From Cellvibrionales bacterium (lineage in GTDB: Bacteria; Pseudomonadota; Gammaproteobacteria; Pseudomonadales; UBA7434): a stretch of 64,000 nt of DNA. The notes under the pieces were generated by a model, which was not told where the DNA came from, ran no database searches, and worked only from the letters and a program-made list of their open reading frames with translations. Position numbers and translations under genes: made by a program. Location: the NCBI GenBank assembly GCA_041941365.1, contig JBGTQK010000001.1:190727-254726 (forward strand). Direction: 5' to 3'. Positions 49,872-59,735 of this stretch are shown in pieces. Within the stretch, counting starts at the first letter, position 1. The number at the start of each line of letters is the position of its first letter.

Positions 49872-50603
49872 ATGAAATTGAAGTCTCTATTTGCTGGAAT
49901 GCTGGTAGGCGGTATCGCTTTACAAGCAAACTCGGCACTTATTATTTCTGAAGTTGTTGATGGCAGTTTATCTGGCGGTTTACCAAAATTCGTTGAATTA
50001 ACGAATACTGGTACAACATCTATTGATTTATCTGCTTATAGTATTGGTAACCTCAATAATGGTGGTACTGACTTGGGTGGTAGCAGTGGTTCTACTCTGT
50101 TGTCAGGTATTTTGGCTGCTGGCGATTCATACGTGATTAGCTATGAAAACAGCGACTCAGCCGGAAACAGCACGTTTTTTGATGTGTATGGTTTTGATGC
50201 TGATAACCTTTCACAAGGTTCTTTTATTAATGGTGATGACGTTATTGCATTGTTCTCTGGTTTGGCAGTAGATGGTTCTGGTGATGATTCAGCTGCTCCA
50301 AACGTACTTGTTGATGTTTACGGTGTTGTTGGTGTTAATGGTGACGGTGAAGTTTGGGACTATACAGATGGTTACTCATTCCGTAACTTTAACGTTATAA
50401 GCGCAACAACAACGTTTGATTCAAGTGAGTGGACGTTTGGTGGTTTGAACAGTTTAGCAGGAGCTGACGCTGCTGCTGAGACGGCGCTATTGCTTTCTTT
50501 AACAACACCAGGTACACACTCTTTTGCAGCTGTTCCAGTTCCAGGTGCTGCGTTCCTTTTCGGTTCTGCGCTTATTGGTCTTTTAGTTGCAAGACGTAAG
50601 TAA
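49872..50603 (+). CDS. secreted lamin-tail-domain (LTD) protein with VPLPA/PEP-CTERM-type sorting tail
   Basis: 243 aa. Signal peptide, then the LTD-type opening ALIISEVVDGSLSGGLPKFVELTNTGTTSIDLSAYSIGN. The C-terminus VPVPGAAFLFGSALIGLLVARRK has the motif + TM + basic end of a PEP-CTERM tail. It starts 35 nt after the 1393-aa gene. Confidence 0.8.
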   Translation: MKLKSLFAGMLVGGIALQANSALIISEVVDGSLSGGLPKFVELTNTGTTSIDLSAYSIGNLNNGGTDLGGSSGSTLLSGILAAGDSYVISYENSDSAGNSTFFDVYGFDADNLSQGSFINGDDVIALFSGLAVDGSGDDSAAPNVLVDVYGVVGVNGDGEVWDYTDGYSFRNFNVISATTTFDSSEWTFGGLNSLAGADAAAETALLLSLTTPGTHSFAAVPVPGAAFLFGSALIGLLVARRK

Positions 50604-50662
50604 TTATACAAAAACAATATATAAAAATAGCGAATAAAAATTTGCTTGTATTGATAAGAATA

Positions 50663-50695
50663 AAAAGCCCAGCCATTGGTTGGGCTTTTTTTTTT
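50663..50695. terminator. bidirectional rho-independent terminator between convergent genes
   Basis: AAAAAGCCCAGCC-ATT-GGTTGGGCTTTTTTTTTT: a 9-bp stem with one G-U pair, flanked by an A-tract and a 10-T run. It lies between the stop at 50603 (+) and the stop at 50715 (-). Confidence 0.8.
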
Positions 50696-50714
50696 GCTTA
50701 TTGATTATATAAGT

Positions 50715-51521
50715 TTAAATACTAGCCCCGCAGTGTTTACAGTGCATAGCATCTAACTCATGGCCAGATCTACCGCAATTACCGCAGGTTCTCTGGTCTC
50801 TTTCCATACGCATTTCATTGGCAATTTCAGCAGTAAAAATACCAGTGGGAACAGCGATGATAGAGTATCCTAACACCATTACCATGCTCGCGAGAAACTT
50901 GCCTAAAGGAGTGTTGGGAGAGATATCGCCATAACCGACAGTTGTAATGGTAACGATTGTCCAGTAAATGCTTTGAGGCATACTAGTGAATCCGTTTTTA
51001 GCACCTTCAACCAAATACATTAATGCACCAAAAACAACTGCGAAAATAATGACAACAAACAGGAAGATTAATATTTTGCGGCGAGAAGCCCATAATGCAC
51101 GAATCAATAAATTTGCTTCGGTTGAATAACGAAAGAGTTTGAATATTCTAAATAATCGCAATACGCGTAGTAAACGCACGACAAGAAAATATTGTGTACC
51201 GGCGAAAAAAATGGCCAAATAGCTTGGTAAAAATGAGATGAGATCAATAATGCCATAAAAACTTCGTGCATAACGAACAGGATGAGGTGCGCTATACAAC
51301 CTTAGAAAATACTCAACGGTAAATAATATGGTAAATCCCCACTCAATATTCCAAAAGAGTTTTTCATATCTGACATGAAAAATATTGATTGAGTCGATTA
51401 CAACGAGTAGTACGCTAGACACAATAGCAATTAACAGGAAAATATCAAAAGTTCTCCCGGCTCTTGTTTCAGTGCCAAAAATAATAGCGTTAATTGTGTT
51501 TCGCAGTTTGGAACGTGACAC
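50715..51521 (-). CDS. voltage-gated-type (6TM) potassium channel with a C-terminal zinc-ribbon
   Basis: 268 aa. S4-like Arg repeat (VVRLLRVLRLFRIFKLFR), K+ selectivity filter TTVGYGD and a C-terminal CGNCG...H...CKHCG motif. Confidence 0.88.
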   Translation of the reverse strand: MSRSKLRNTINAIIFGTETRAGRTFDIFLLIAIVSSVLLVVIDSINIFHVRYEKLFWNIEWGFTILFTVEYFLRLYSAPHPVRYARSFYGIIDLISFLPSYLAIFFAGTQYFLVVRLLRVLRLFRIFKLFRYSTEANLLIRALWASRRKILIFLFVVIIFAVVFGALMYLVEGAKNGFTSMPQSIYWTIVTITTVGYGDISPNTPLGKFLASMVMVLGYSIIAVPTGIFTAEIANEMRMERDQRTCGNCGRSGHELDAMHCKHCGASI

Positions 51522-51534
51522 TTTTTTATAACCT

Positions 51535-52854
51535 CTAACAATTTTCTATAATATTAAACATAGCATCTGCGATTTTTTTAATTTCATCATTACTGATAAT
51601 ATAGGGCGGCATGGTATAAACCAATTTGCCAAATGGTCTTAACCATACACCAAGCTCTGGTAATAATGCTTGTACTTTCTGCATATCAACTGGTTCGTGT
51701 GTTTCAATTACACCTATAGCACCTTTCACTCTGATATCGTAAATTTTATTCTGTAATGGTGTAGAGATATCTCTGTTAAGCAGGTTATCTTGTAGAGCAT
51801 TTTCGATTCTGAGAATATTTTTTTGCCATTCTGAAGATAATAGCAATTCAATATTTTTATTCGCGATAGAACATGCTAAAGCGTTAGCCATAAATGTTGG
51901 GCCGTGCATAAATGCACCGGCTTCACTTTGTGATATTACATTGCTAATCGTTTTTGTTGTGAGCGTAGCCGCGAGACTCAGATAACCGCCGGTAAGTGCT
52001 TTTCCCAGGCACAGAATATCTGGTGTTATTGATGCTTCTTCGCACGCGAATAAGTGACCAGTACGACCAAAGCCGGTTGCAATTTCATCAGCAATCAGCA
52101 GGATATTGTATTTTTTACAAAGTACATTTGCCTGATACAAGTATTCTTTTGAATAAAAATACATACCACCAGCACCTTGTACTAGCGGTTCAAGAATGAA
52201 AGCGGCTATTTGTTCATGGTGTGTTTTAAACAGTTGTTCCAGAGCATTGATCTCTTCGGGGTTGTAATCGACTGATGGGCGATCGACAAAATACTGTTTT
52301 TGAAGAGAATCATTAAATAAGTGATGCATGCCGGTTATCGGATCACAGACACTCATTGCTCCGATTGTATCGCCATGATAACCACCTTTTAAAGCAACAA
52401 ACTTATTTTTATTGGCCAGGTTTTCTTTACCAATCTCTTGTTTATTTTTTGCTTGCCAGTACTGTATTGCCATTTTCATAGCGACCTCAACAGCGACTGA
52501 GCCTGAATCACTGAAGAAAACGGTATCCAGTCCTTCCGGTGTTATCTTCACTAATCGTTGTGCAAGATCAATTGCAGGGCGGTGTGTAAGTCCCCCGAAC
52601 ATAACATGAGAAAACGAATCCAGCTGTGTTTTTGCGGCTTTATTCAATTCAGCATGGTTATAACCATGGATAACAGACCACCAGGAGGCCATTGCATCAA
52701 CAAGTTTAACTTGATTAGAAAGCGTTAAATAAACACCTTGGGCGTGAATGACTTCCAAAGCAGGAATAGGGTTTGGGAGGGAAGTGTATGGGTGCCATAG
52801 TTGATTTCGATCAAATAGCAGTGGCTCTGGTGAATTGATAATACTCTCGTTCAA
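51535..52854 (-). CDS. bioA: adenosylmethionine-8-amino-7-oxononanoate aminotransferase
   Basis: 439 aa class III aminotransferase. Motifs LWHPYTS, SDSGSVAVE, ADEIATGFGRTG and the PLP Lys in LCLGKALTGG. Confidence 0.9.
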   Translation of the reverse strand: MNESIINSPEPLLFDRNQLWHPYTSLPNPIPALEVIHAQGVYLTLSNQVKLVDAMASWWSVIHGYNHAELNKAAKTQLDSFSHVMFGGLTHRPAIDLAQRLVKITPEGLDTVFFSDSGSVAVEVAMKMAIQYWQAKNKQEIGKENLANKNKFVALKGGYHGDTIGAMSVCDPITGMHHLFNDSLQKQYFVDRPSVDYNPEEINALEQLFKTHHEQIAAFILEPLVQGAGGMYFYSKEYLYQANVLCKKYNILLIADEIATGFGRTGHLFACEEASITPDILCLGKALTGGYLSLAATLTTKTISNVISQSEAGAFMHGPTFMANALACSIANKNIELLLSSEWQKNILRIENALQDNLLNRDISTPLQNKIYDIRVKGAIGVIETHEPVDMQKVQALLPELGVWLRPFGKLVYTMPPYIISNDEIKKIADAMFNIIENC

Positions 52855-53166
52855 GGGAACCTTCAGGTTAGTGATTGTTTCAGGTTGATTAATGTGTCTA
52901 TTTACATTTTTATATTATGCCAACTAATTGAATAACTTGCAGTGATTATCTCGATTTGTTGCTATCTATAGACTTTATATCTTTTATATAAATAAACAAG
53001 TTAGAAGGTGTTATTAAAGAAAATTATAGTTGGTTGCTCATAGTAATGATTTTCTTGAAAAAGTGCCTCTATTAATTAATGTCAAATGCTTTATACCCAT
53101 GGAACCTGCCGTTAAAATGAAATCTAATATTCCTTCTGGATAATACTTCTCAATCGTTCTAATTTC

Positions 53167-54726
53167 ATGGATTCTCTAACAAAAACTGATAGTAAAGCAA
53201 AAAGCACGATTGCAGGTAAAAAGTCGTCAGGACGATTTTTGCGTTTTTTTCAGCTGCCCTTTGGCAATCGGCGTTTTCCATTTACTTTTCGTCTAGGCCT
53301 GGCAATGAGTTTTTTGTCAATTGGCAGTGCTTTGATTCTGGTTTATCTGGCTGTGCATCAAAACTGGCGTTTGGCACAAAAGCAAACTCAGGCTTTTGGT
53401 CAGACCATAGCTGAACAGCTTGCATCAAGCATTATCGAGCCTGTTTTTACTGACGATCATCTTGCAATACAACTTAATCTTAATCAGCTGACACATAAGC
53501 CGGTGATAGTGGCGGCAGCAGTTTACGATAACAATGGCGGTCTGTTAACAGTTTCAAGTCATACAAGTGTGAATCAGTCAAGTGATCTTACATTAAATGC
53601 GCTAACAGAAAAAAGAGCCAAGCAACAGTTAGAGCGTTTTGTTGGTAGACAGTTTTCTTATCACCTTACTCATTTGCCTTCTGGTTATTATGCTTCTCCA
53701 GTGATTTTTAATAATGTCACAGCAGCACATGTGATCGTTGTTTTAAACCAGACACCGATGAATCTTATCTACACTACTTTTTCTAACCAGTTAATCTTTG
53801 CTGTGATTATTATAAGTTTGCTATCTTTGATTGGTGCATACTTTTTAAGTCGAATGCTTAGTAAACCAATCAATACTCTCCGTTTAATGAGTACAGCTGC
53901 AGGAAGAGGTGAGGTTCAGTCGCTTCCCAAATTTAGCGGTCGACGTTCATTAACAGCTGAATGGGATGAGATACTTTCAGTTTATGATTTACTTGGTAAA
54001 GAGGTTAAAAATAAAAAAGAAGCAGAAAAACTATTACAACAATTTGTCGATAATGATGTAGCAGTGAGCTTACTTGATGAAGCCGATAGTATTACAGCCG
54101 ATGGCGAAATTGTTGATGCATCTATTTTATTTGTCGATATTGTGTCATTTACTTCAATTAGCGAAAAATTACCTCCAGAGGAAACTGCTCGCTTGTTAAA
54201 TCGTTACCTGTCTATCTTTGCAGCCTGTGCCAGAACTTATAAAGGTACAGTCGACAAATTTATTGGTGATGCAGCAATGATCGTATTTGGTGCTCCACGT
54301 AAAAATAATCGCCATAGCCAACATGCCGCCTGTTGTGCGATGGCAATTCAAACGGTTGCCAGAGCAATTAATAAAGAACGTTTGAATATTGGTTTGGAGC
54401 CAATCCAGTTGAGAATTGGCGTCAACTCCGGAAAAGTCAGAGCAGGCGTCATTGGTTCAGAGCTCAGAAAGGAATTTACTGTAGTCGGTGATCCCGTCAA
54501 TCTGGCGTCCAGGTTATGTGATATGGCAGGGGCTGGAGAGATTTATGTGTCGCATTCACTATTTCGCTCGTTGGATCAACGCGATGTCGATATAACAGAC
54601 TTAGGGAATTTATCGATTAGAGGTAAAGAGGGTGAAGTAGCTGTGTATCGCCTGGATAACACACGCTCATCACAGGATTGGGTAATCAGTAATTTTATTG
54701 AAGATATTTTATCTGTTTATTCGTAA
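53167..54726 (+). CDS. membrane-bound class III adenylate/guanylate cyclase with periplasmic sensor region and HAMP
   Basis: 519 aa. Two TM helices bracket about 150 aa. A HAMP-like segment is followed by the cyclase core (ASILFVDIVSFTSISE, KFIGDAAMIVFGAP, RIGVNSG, VGDPVNLASRL). Confidence 0.88.
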   Translation: MDSLTKTDSKAKSTIAGKKSSGRFLRFFQLPFGNRRFPFTFRLGLAMSFLSIGSALILVYLAVHQNWRLAQKQTQAFGQTIAEQLASSIIEPVFTDDHLAIQLNLNQLTHKPVIVAAAVYDNNGGLLTVSSHTSVNQSSDLTLNALTEKRAKQQLERFVGRQFSYHLTHLPSGYYASPVIFNNVTAAHVIVVLNQTPMNLIYTTFSNQLIFAVIIISLLSLIGAYFLSRMLSKPINTLRLMSTAAGRGEVQSLPKFSGRRSLTAEWDEILSVYDLLGKEVKNKKEAEKLLQQFVDNDVAVSLLDEADSITADGEIVDASILFVDIVSFTSISEKLPPEETARLLNRYLSIFAACARTYKGTVDKFIGDAAMIVFGAPRKNNRHSQHAACCAMAIQTVARAINKERLNIGLEPIQLRIGVNSGKVRAGVIGSELRKEFTVVGDPVNLASRLCDMAGAGEIYVSHSLFRSLDQRDVDITDLGNLSIRGKEGEVAVYRLDNTRSSQDWVISNFIEDILSVYS

Positions 54727-54822
54727 AAAAATGAAATAATCGTTATTTGCTAAACTAACATTACTTTAGAATTAAAAAAGAAAACAGTTTCATTTTATTC
54801 TTCATTATTTAAGGCACTTTGG

Positions 54823-55980
54823 GTGAAAGTAGTTAATAGGTTGTATTTATTATTGATGTTGTCAGTGTTTACTGCATTGCCTTCCTGTAGCTTATTGTCA
54901 CAAAAAAACGATACGATAACAGCTTCAATTGAAAAACATAACTACAAAGAAGCACTAGTTACATTATCGCATGAACAGAAGGCGATAAAAAAACAAATAA
55001 CCAGTCTCGACAAACAGATAAGTAAGCCACCCAAGGAAGATGTTCCAGTTGATGAATTAAAGCAACAGCGTAATACTTTAATTAACCAGCTATCTGATCT
55101 GGAAAAGCAGCAAACCAGCATCATTGCAGAAGCGAAGTCGTTTTTTTACAAAGAACAATTTCGAATCAATCAATTAATTGAGCAGAACGATTGGCAACCT
55201 GCAGTTACCGGGCTTGAATTTTTGAAGCTTCATTTGCCTGAGGGTATTTCTATAGAGGAATTTGAAGAGCACTTTAATCAAAAAAAACAGAACGCTTTAG
55301 AAGAGCATAAGAAAAACCTTGTTATTCTGGATGCAAAATATTTGCCCGAACAACTGAACTTGCTTGAAGTTTTGCAGGTTATTTCTGAGGATAAAGAGCA
55401 GTTGGGTCGTTATCGTCAATCACTTGCAAGAAAAATAGAAGTAGAAAAAGTATTAAAGGAAAACATTGAACAAGCTAAAGCTTTGCAGGAATGGGATCTG
55501 GCATTATTTTATGCGAGATCATTGAGCCGCATTGACAATTCGTTAGCAACAAAAAACATGCTCGCAGAAATTCAAAACAGAATTGAATACATTTCTAAAA
55601 GCGCTCAAGCAAGTGATGCTAAAAAGAAAAGCAATGCAGCATCCGCAAATTATAAAAAAATTCAGGCAGATATTCAGTTAGCGTTTGAGGAAAACCGATT
55701 ACTGGATGCAAAAAAAATGCTATCAAAAGCAATAAAACAATATCCTGATAATTCGAGTATTCTTTCCGAACAAGCAGCTTTGAATGAAAAAATAAACCAA
55801 AAAGTAATATCTGCCAAAACAGTAGGTGAGAATCTTTATTCAAATGGCGATATAGAGCAGGCGTTAGAATTATGGCGGGAAGTATTGCCATTGGTGCCAG
55901 ATGACCTTGATCTGATATCCAATATTGAGCGAGCTGAAAGGATATTGAATAAAGTGAATAAGCTTAAAGAAGAACAATAA
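54823..55980 (+). CDS. probable lipoprotein, coiled-coil plus TPR-like C-terminus
   Basis: 385 aa, GTG start. Signal peptide ending in a near-consensus lipobox (FTALPSC). Long K/E/Q-rich helical sequence and a TPR-like end (GDIEQALELWREVLPLVPDD). No family recognised. Confidence 0.6.
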   Translation: MKVVNRLYLLLMLSVFTALPSCSLLSQKNDTITASIEKHNYKEALVTLSHEQKAIKKQITSLDKQISKPPKEDVPVDELKQQRNTLINQLSDLEKQQTSIIAEAKSFFYKEQFRINQLIEQNDWQPAVTGLEFLKLHLPEGISIEEFEEHFNQKKQNALEEHKKNLVILDAKYLPEQLNLLEVLQVISEDKEQLGRYRQSLARKIEVEKVLKENIEQAKALQEWDLALFYARSLSRIDNSLATKNMLAEIQNRIEYISKSAQASDAKKKSNAASANYKKIQADIQLAFEENRLLDAKKMLSKAIKQYPDNSSILSEQAALNEKINQKVISAKTVGENLYSNGDIEQALELWREVLPLVPDDLDLISNIERAERILNKVNKLKEEQ

Positions 55981-56000
55981 AGTAGATGATTGCTAATCAA

Positions 56001-56468
56001 TTACTGACTTTTATTTAACAAAACAAAAACAGCTTCTAAACGCGCGCATTCAGTTTCGCCGGATGTCAGTGTACTACTCATTGTAATTGATGTTTTCCCG
56101 GTATGTTTGTAATGTTCTATAAAGGTATGCCATTGTCTGGGAAGTGGCTGTTTGCATCGTGCGATTATATCCGGCTCGTTAAAAGGGTGGCGATAACGAA
56201 TTTGTGCATCTCGCACTACGATAGCCGGTTTTTCAATATGATCAACGCTGGCAAGATAAACTGAAGACCAGCCAGCAAATAACGCGAGATTAAATATGCT
56301 GCCGCCAAAGGCAGTTCCATGATCATTATGGTTAAGTGCCAAAGGTGCCTGAATAGAAAGAAAATCTTCATCATAACCAATGAGCTTAGCCTGGCTGGCA
56401 CGTATCAATGGTAAATTCTCTTCAACAAATTGGTGAATTTTTTGTGAAGCATCTTCAAATGAAAGCAT
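56001..56468 (-). CDS. hotdog-fold thioesterase (YiiD C-terminal domain-like)
   Basis: 155 aa. HGTAFGGSIFNLALFAGWSSVYL and overall length match the YiiD_Cterm putative thioesterase family. Confidence 0.6.
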   Translation of the reverse strand: MLSFEDASQKIHQFVEENLPLIRASQAKLIGYDEDFLSIQAPLALNHNDHGTAFGGSIFNLALFAGWSSVYLASVDHIEKPAIVVRDAQIRYRHPFNEPDIIARCKQPLPRQWHTFIEHYKHTGKTSITMSSTLTSGETECARLEAVFVLLNKSQ

Positions 56469-56510
56469 TCGATGTATCCTGTATTATAAAAATAACATTA
56501 TACAAAGTGT

Positions 56511-57275
56511 TTAAGATAATTCAAAACTGAGCAATTCTATCTGGTTGTGATCCAATGCAATACACCAGCCAGTTTTATCCCAGTCACCTAAAACATAGCG
56601 CTTGGCTTTCCTGTCAGGCAATGTGTGTATTTTCGGTCTATGTGTATGGCCATGAATCATTGTATCGACAGAAAAAAGCCGCATGATTCTATCAACTTCA
56701 GAAGTGGTAACATCCATTATCATCGCTGTTTTATCCAGTTTTTCACTATGACTTTGTTTTTTTATTTTATTAGCTATTTTTTTTCGCAGTTTAAAAGGCA
56801 GGTGGCTTAAAACAAACTTTGTTACCGGGTTCTGAATACGTCGACGAAACTTCATATAGTTTATATCCTGTGTACACAAAGTGTCGCCATGCAAAAGCAA
56901 ATATTCATGATGGTAGATCGAGCGCTTAATGGGTTGTTTGAGTAACGTCATGTCTGTTGCTCTAGCAAATTTTTCACCCACAAGAAAGTCCCTGTTTCCC
57001 TGCATAAAAAAAACCTGCGTGCCATTATCACTTAAGTCTTTTAACAGTTTTCTGGTAATTTGTGCGGTTTGACTATCATCATCATCACCCAGCCATGCAT
57101 CAAACAGGTCGCCAAGAATATATAACGCTTCGGCTTTGCTGGCATATTCAGAGCAAAAAGTTTCAAAAGCCTGTATTAAATCAACTCTATCGTCAGAGAG
57201 ATGGAGGTCAGAGATAATCAAGGTAAATTTATCGGAAAGCTTTTCGAACAGGGTATCCAGTTCAGAAAAAACCAT
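56511..57275 (-). CDS. lpxH: UDP-2,3-diacylglucosamine diphosphatase
   Basis: 254 aa metallophosphoesterase. Motifs ISDLHL, LYILGDLFDAWLGDDD, GNRDFL, HGDTLC and HGHTHRP. Downstream of ppiB, as in Pseudomonas and E. coli. Confidence 0.92.
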   Translation of the reverse strand: MVFSELDTLFEKLSDKFTLIISDLHLSDDRVDLIQAFETFCSEYASKAEALYILGDLFDAWLGDDDDSQTAQITRKLLKDLSDNGTQVFFMQGNRDFLVGEKFARATDMTLLKQPIKRSIYHHEYLLLHGDTLCTQDINYMKFRRRIQNPVTKFVLSHLPFKLRKKIANKIKKQSHSEKLDKTAMIMDVTTSEVDRIMRLFSVDTMIHGHTHRPKIHTLPDRKAKRYVLGDWDKTGWCIALDHNQIELLSFELS

Positions 57276-57304
57276 AGGGACGTCCTTTTTACTTTACACC
57301 AGTA

Positions 57305-57799
57305 TTAATCTTCAACAATCGCTTTTTCGATAACAATGGCTTCTGAAGGGACATCCTGATGGTAGCCATAAGATCCAGTATCGGCAGCTTTAATTGCTTC
57401 TACGACATCCATACCTTCTTTGACTGCCCCGAAAACGGCATATCCCCAACCTTGAGGTGTTTTACCTGAATGGTCAAGAAAATCATTATCAGCGACATTA
57501 ATAAAAAACTGGGCAGTGGCTGAATGTGGATCTTGTGTTCTTGCCATTGCCAATGTGCCTGTTTTATTTTTTAGGCCATTGTCTGCTTCGTTTTCAATAG
57601 GAGCGCGGGTTTCAGACTCATTCATTTCGGCATCGAAACCACCACCCTGAATCATAAAATTATTAATGACACGGTGAAAAATTTTTCCGTCATAAAACCC
57701 GTCTTCCACATATTGTTGAAAGTTCTCAGCCGATTTGGGGGCATTTTCAAAATCTAGTTCAATTAAAATATCACCTTTATTTGTACTGAAACGTATCAT
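57305..57799 (-). CDS. ppiB: peptidyl-prolyl cis-trans isomerase B (cyclophilin)
   Basis: 164 aa. Motifs [22 protein letters not shown] and [10 protein letters not shown]. Confidence 0.95.
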   Translation of the reverse strand: MIRFSTNKGDILIELDFENAPKSAENFQQYVEDGFYDGKIFHRVINNFMIQGGGFDAEMNESETRAPIENEADNGLKNKTGTLAMARTQDPHSATAQFFINVADNDFLDHSGKTPQGWGYAVFGAVKEGMDVVEAIKAADTGSYGYHQDVPSEAIVIEKAIVED

Positions 57800-58016
57800 G
57801 ATGGTTTATCCCATTATTTTTAAAAAGAATTGGTTAAATAATAAAAAAGTAAATCCTGAAAGAAGGCTGAATTTTCCCATAGCTCAGGATCATACAATTA
57901 TTGCTAAGCGGCTATAATACTTCTGATTTTTTAAACATTTTATGCAATATTGACAGCTTTAAGCCCTTGTTGCAATTTACTCAATACTTTCCCGGTAGAG
58001 CGGGCTAATGAAACTC

Positions 58017-59684
58017 ATGGAATCCGAAGTAAAACCTACCAACTTTATCCGTCAGATTATCGAACAGGATTTAAAAAGCCAGAATATAGAAAATGTGGTG
58101 ACACGGTTTCCTCCTGAGCCTAATGGTTATTTACATGTGGGTCATGCCAAATCTATCTGCCTTAATTTCGGATTGGCAGAAGATTATGAGGGCGCTTGTC
58201 ATTTACGTTTTGATGACACCAACCCCGAAAAAGAAAGTGAGGAGTTTATTCGTTCAATTTGTGAAGACATTGAATGGTTGGGTTTTAAATGGCGTGGTGA
58301 TATTCGTTTTGCTTCTGCTTATTTTGAGCAGTTACATCAATGGGCAATCTATCTGATCGAGCAGGGACTCGCCTATGTTTGTGATCTTTCTGCTGAACAG
58401 GCGCGTGAACACCGTGGAACACTGACTCAATCCGGTACTGATAGTCCCTATCGACAGCGTAGCGTTGAAGAAAACAAAGCATTATTTCAACGTATGACAG
58501 CAGGTGAATTTGATGAAGGTGCTTGCGTATTACGCGCAAAAATCGATATGGCATCACCTAATATGAACATGCGTGACCCGATAATCTACCGAATCAGAAA
58601 AGTGATACATCATCAAACGGGTGATAAGTGGTGTGTTTACCCGACCTATGACTTTGCACATGGTCAGTCTGATGCTATTGAGGGTATTACTCACTCTGTA
58701 TGTACGTTAGAGTTTGAAGACCATCGACCTTTGTATGAATGGTTTCTGGCAAATTTACCGGTTGAGGCCGAACCCAAACAATATGAGTTTTCGCGTTTAA
58801 ACCTAAACTACACAGTTACCAGTAAAAGAAAATTAAAAAGATTGGTTGATGAAGGCGTTGTTAATGGCTGGGATGACCCACGTATGCCGACTATTGCAGG
58901 AATGCGCAGGCGTGGTTATGCACCTGAATCCTTGCGAAACTTTTGTGAATCAATCGGTGTTACCCGAGTTAATGGTGTCGTTGACATGTCCATGCTTGAG
59001 TTTCAGGTGAGGGAATTTCATAACACTCATGCTCAGCGTGCAATGGTTGTGATACATCCGGTAAAGGTTGTAATAACCAATTTTCCCGAAGATAAGATTG
59101 AACAACTGGACTCACCAAATCACCCTCAGGATGAAACAAAAGGTACTCGTAAAATTCCTTTTACAAGAGAGATTTATATCGATCAGGATGACTTTAGAGA
59201 AGAGGCCAATAAGAAGTACAAACGCCTGGTATTGGGCAAAAAGGTACGCTTAAGAAATGCCTATGTTATTTTGGCAGAGGATATCGTCAAGGATGATAAT
59301 GGAAATATAACTGAAATACATGCCAGTTATGATGTTGGAACACTTGGTCAGGACCCTGCAGATGGGGTAAAACCCAAGGGTGTTATTCAATGGGTTTCTG
59401 CTGCAGAAGGCACCAGAATAACCGTTAGAGAGTACGATAGATTATTTAAAGTCGAGGAGCCGGAAAAGGTTGAAGGGGAAGAAGGGTTCCTCTCTGCTTT
59501 AAATGAAGCATCATTAAAAATATATGAGAATTGCATAGCAGAACCTTCATTGCTTGGTGCTAGCCCTGAACAGGTTTTCCAGTTTGAAAGAGAAGGTTAT
59601 TTTGTTGCAGATCGTTTTGATTATTCAGAGAAAACGCCAGTATTTAATAAAACTATTGGCTTAAGAGATAACTGGCAAAAGTAA
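58017..59684 (+). CDS. glnS: glutamine--tRNA ligase
   Basis: HIGH motif ([14 protein letters not shown]) and KMSKS-type motif (VTSKRKL). The N-terminus [19 protein letters not shown] aligns with the enterobacterial GlnS start, so I prefer ATG 58017 to 58008. Confidence 0.96.
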   Translation: MESEVKPTNFIRQIIEQDLKSQNIENVVTRFPPEPNGYLHVGHAKSICLNFGLAEDYEGACHLRFDDTNPEKESEEFIRSICEDIEWLGFKWRGDIRFASAYFEQLHQWAIYLIEQGLAYVCDLSAEQAREHRGTLTQSGTDSPYRQRSVEENKALFQRMTAGEFDEGACVLRAKIDMASPNMNMRDPIIYRIRKVIHHQTGDKWCVYPTYDFAHGQSDAIEGITHSVCTLEFEDHRPLYEWFLANLPVEAEPKQYEFSRLNLNYTVTSKRKLKRLVDEGVVNGWDDPRMPTIAGMRRRGYAPESLRNFCESIGVTRVNGVVDMSMLEFQVREFHNTHAQRAMVVIHPVKVVITNFPEDKIEQLDSPNHPQDETKGTRKIPFTREIYIDQDDFREEANKKYKRLVLGKKVRLRNAYVILAEDIVKDDNGNITEIHASYDVGTLGQDPADGVKPKGVIQWVSAAEGTRITVREYDRLFKVEEPEKVEGEEGFLSALNEASLKIYENCIAEPSLLGASPEQVFQFEREGYFVADRFDYSEKTPVFNKTIGLRDNWQK

Positions 59685-59735
59685 GGCTGATAAAATAAGT
59701 TAGGTAATGTTAAATAGTTTGATTAAATGAAAGTT

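Noticed and set aside
42633-50603. Genomic island or mobile element status for the 42.6-50.6 kb accessory-looking block
   Set aside because: I saw no integrase, transposase, tRNA target, flanking direct repeats or phage/plasmid genes. No compositional statistics were computed. It can only be called less conserved, not mobile.
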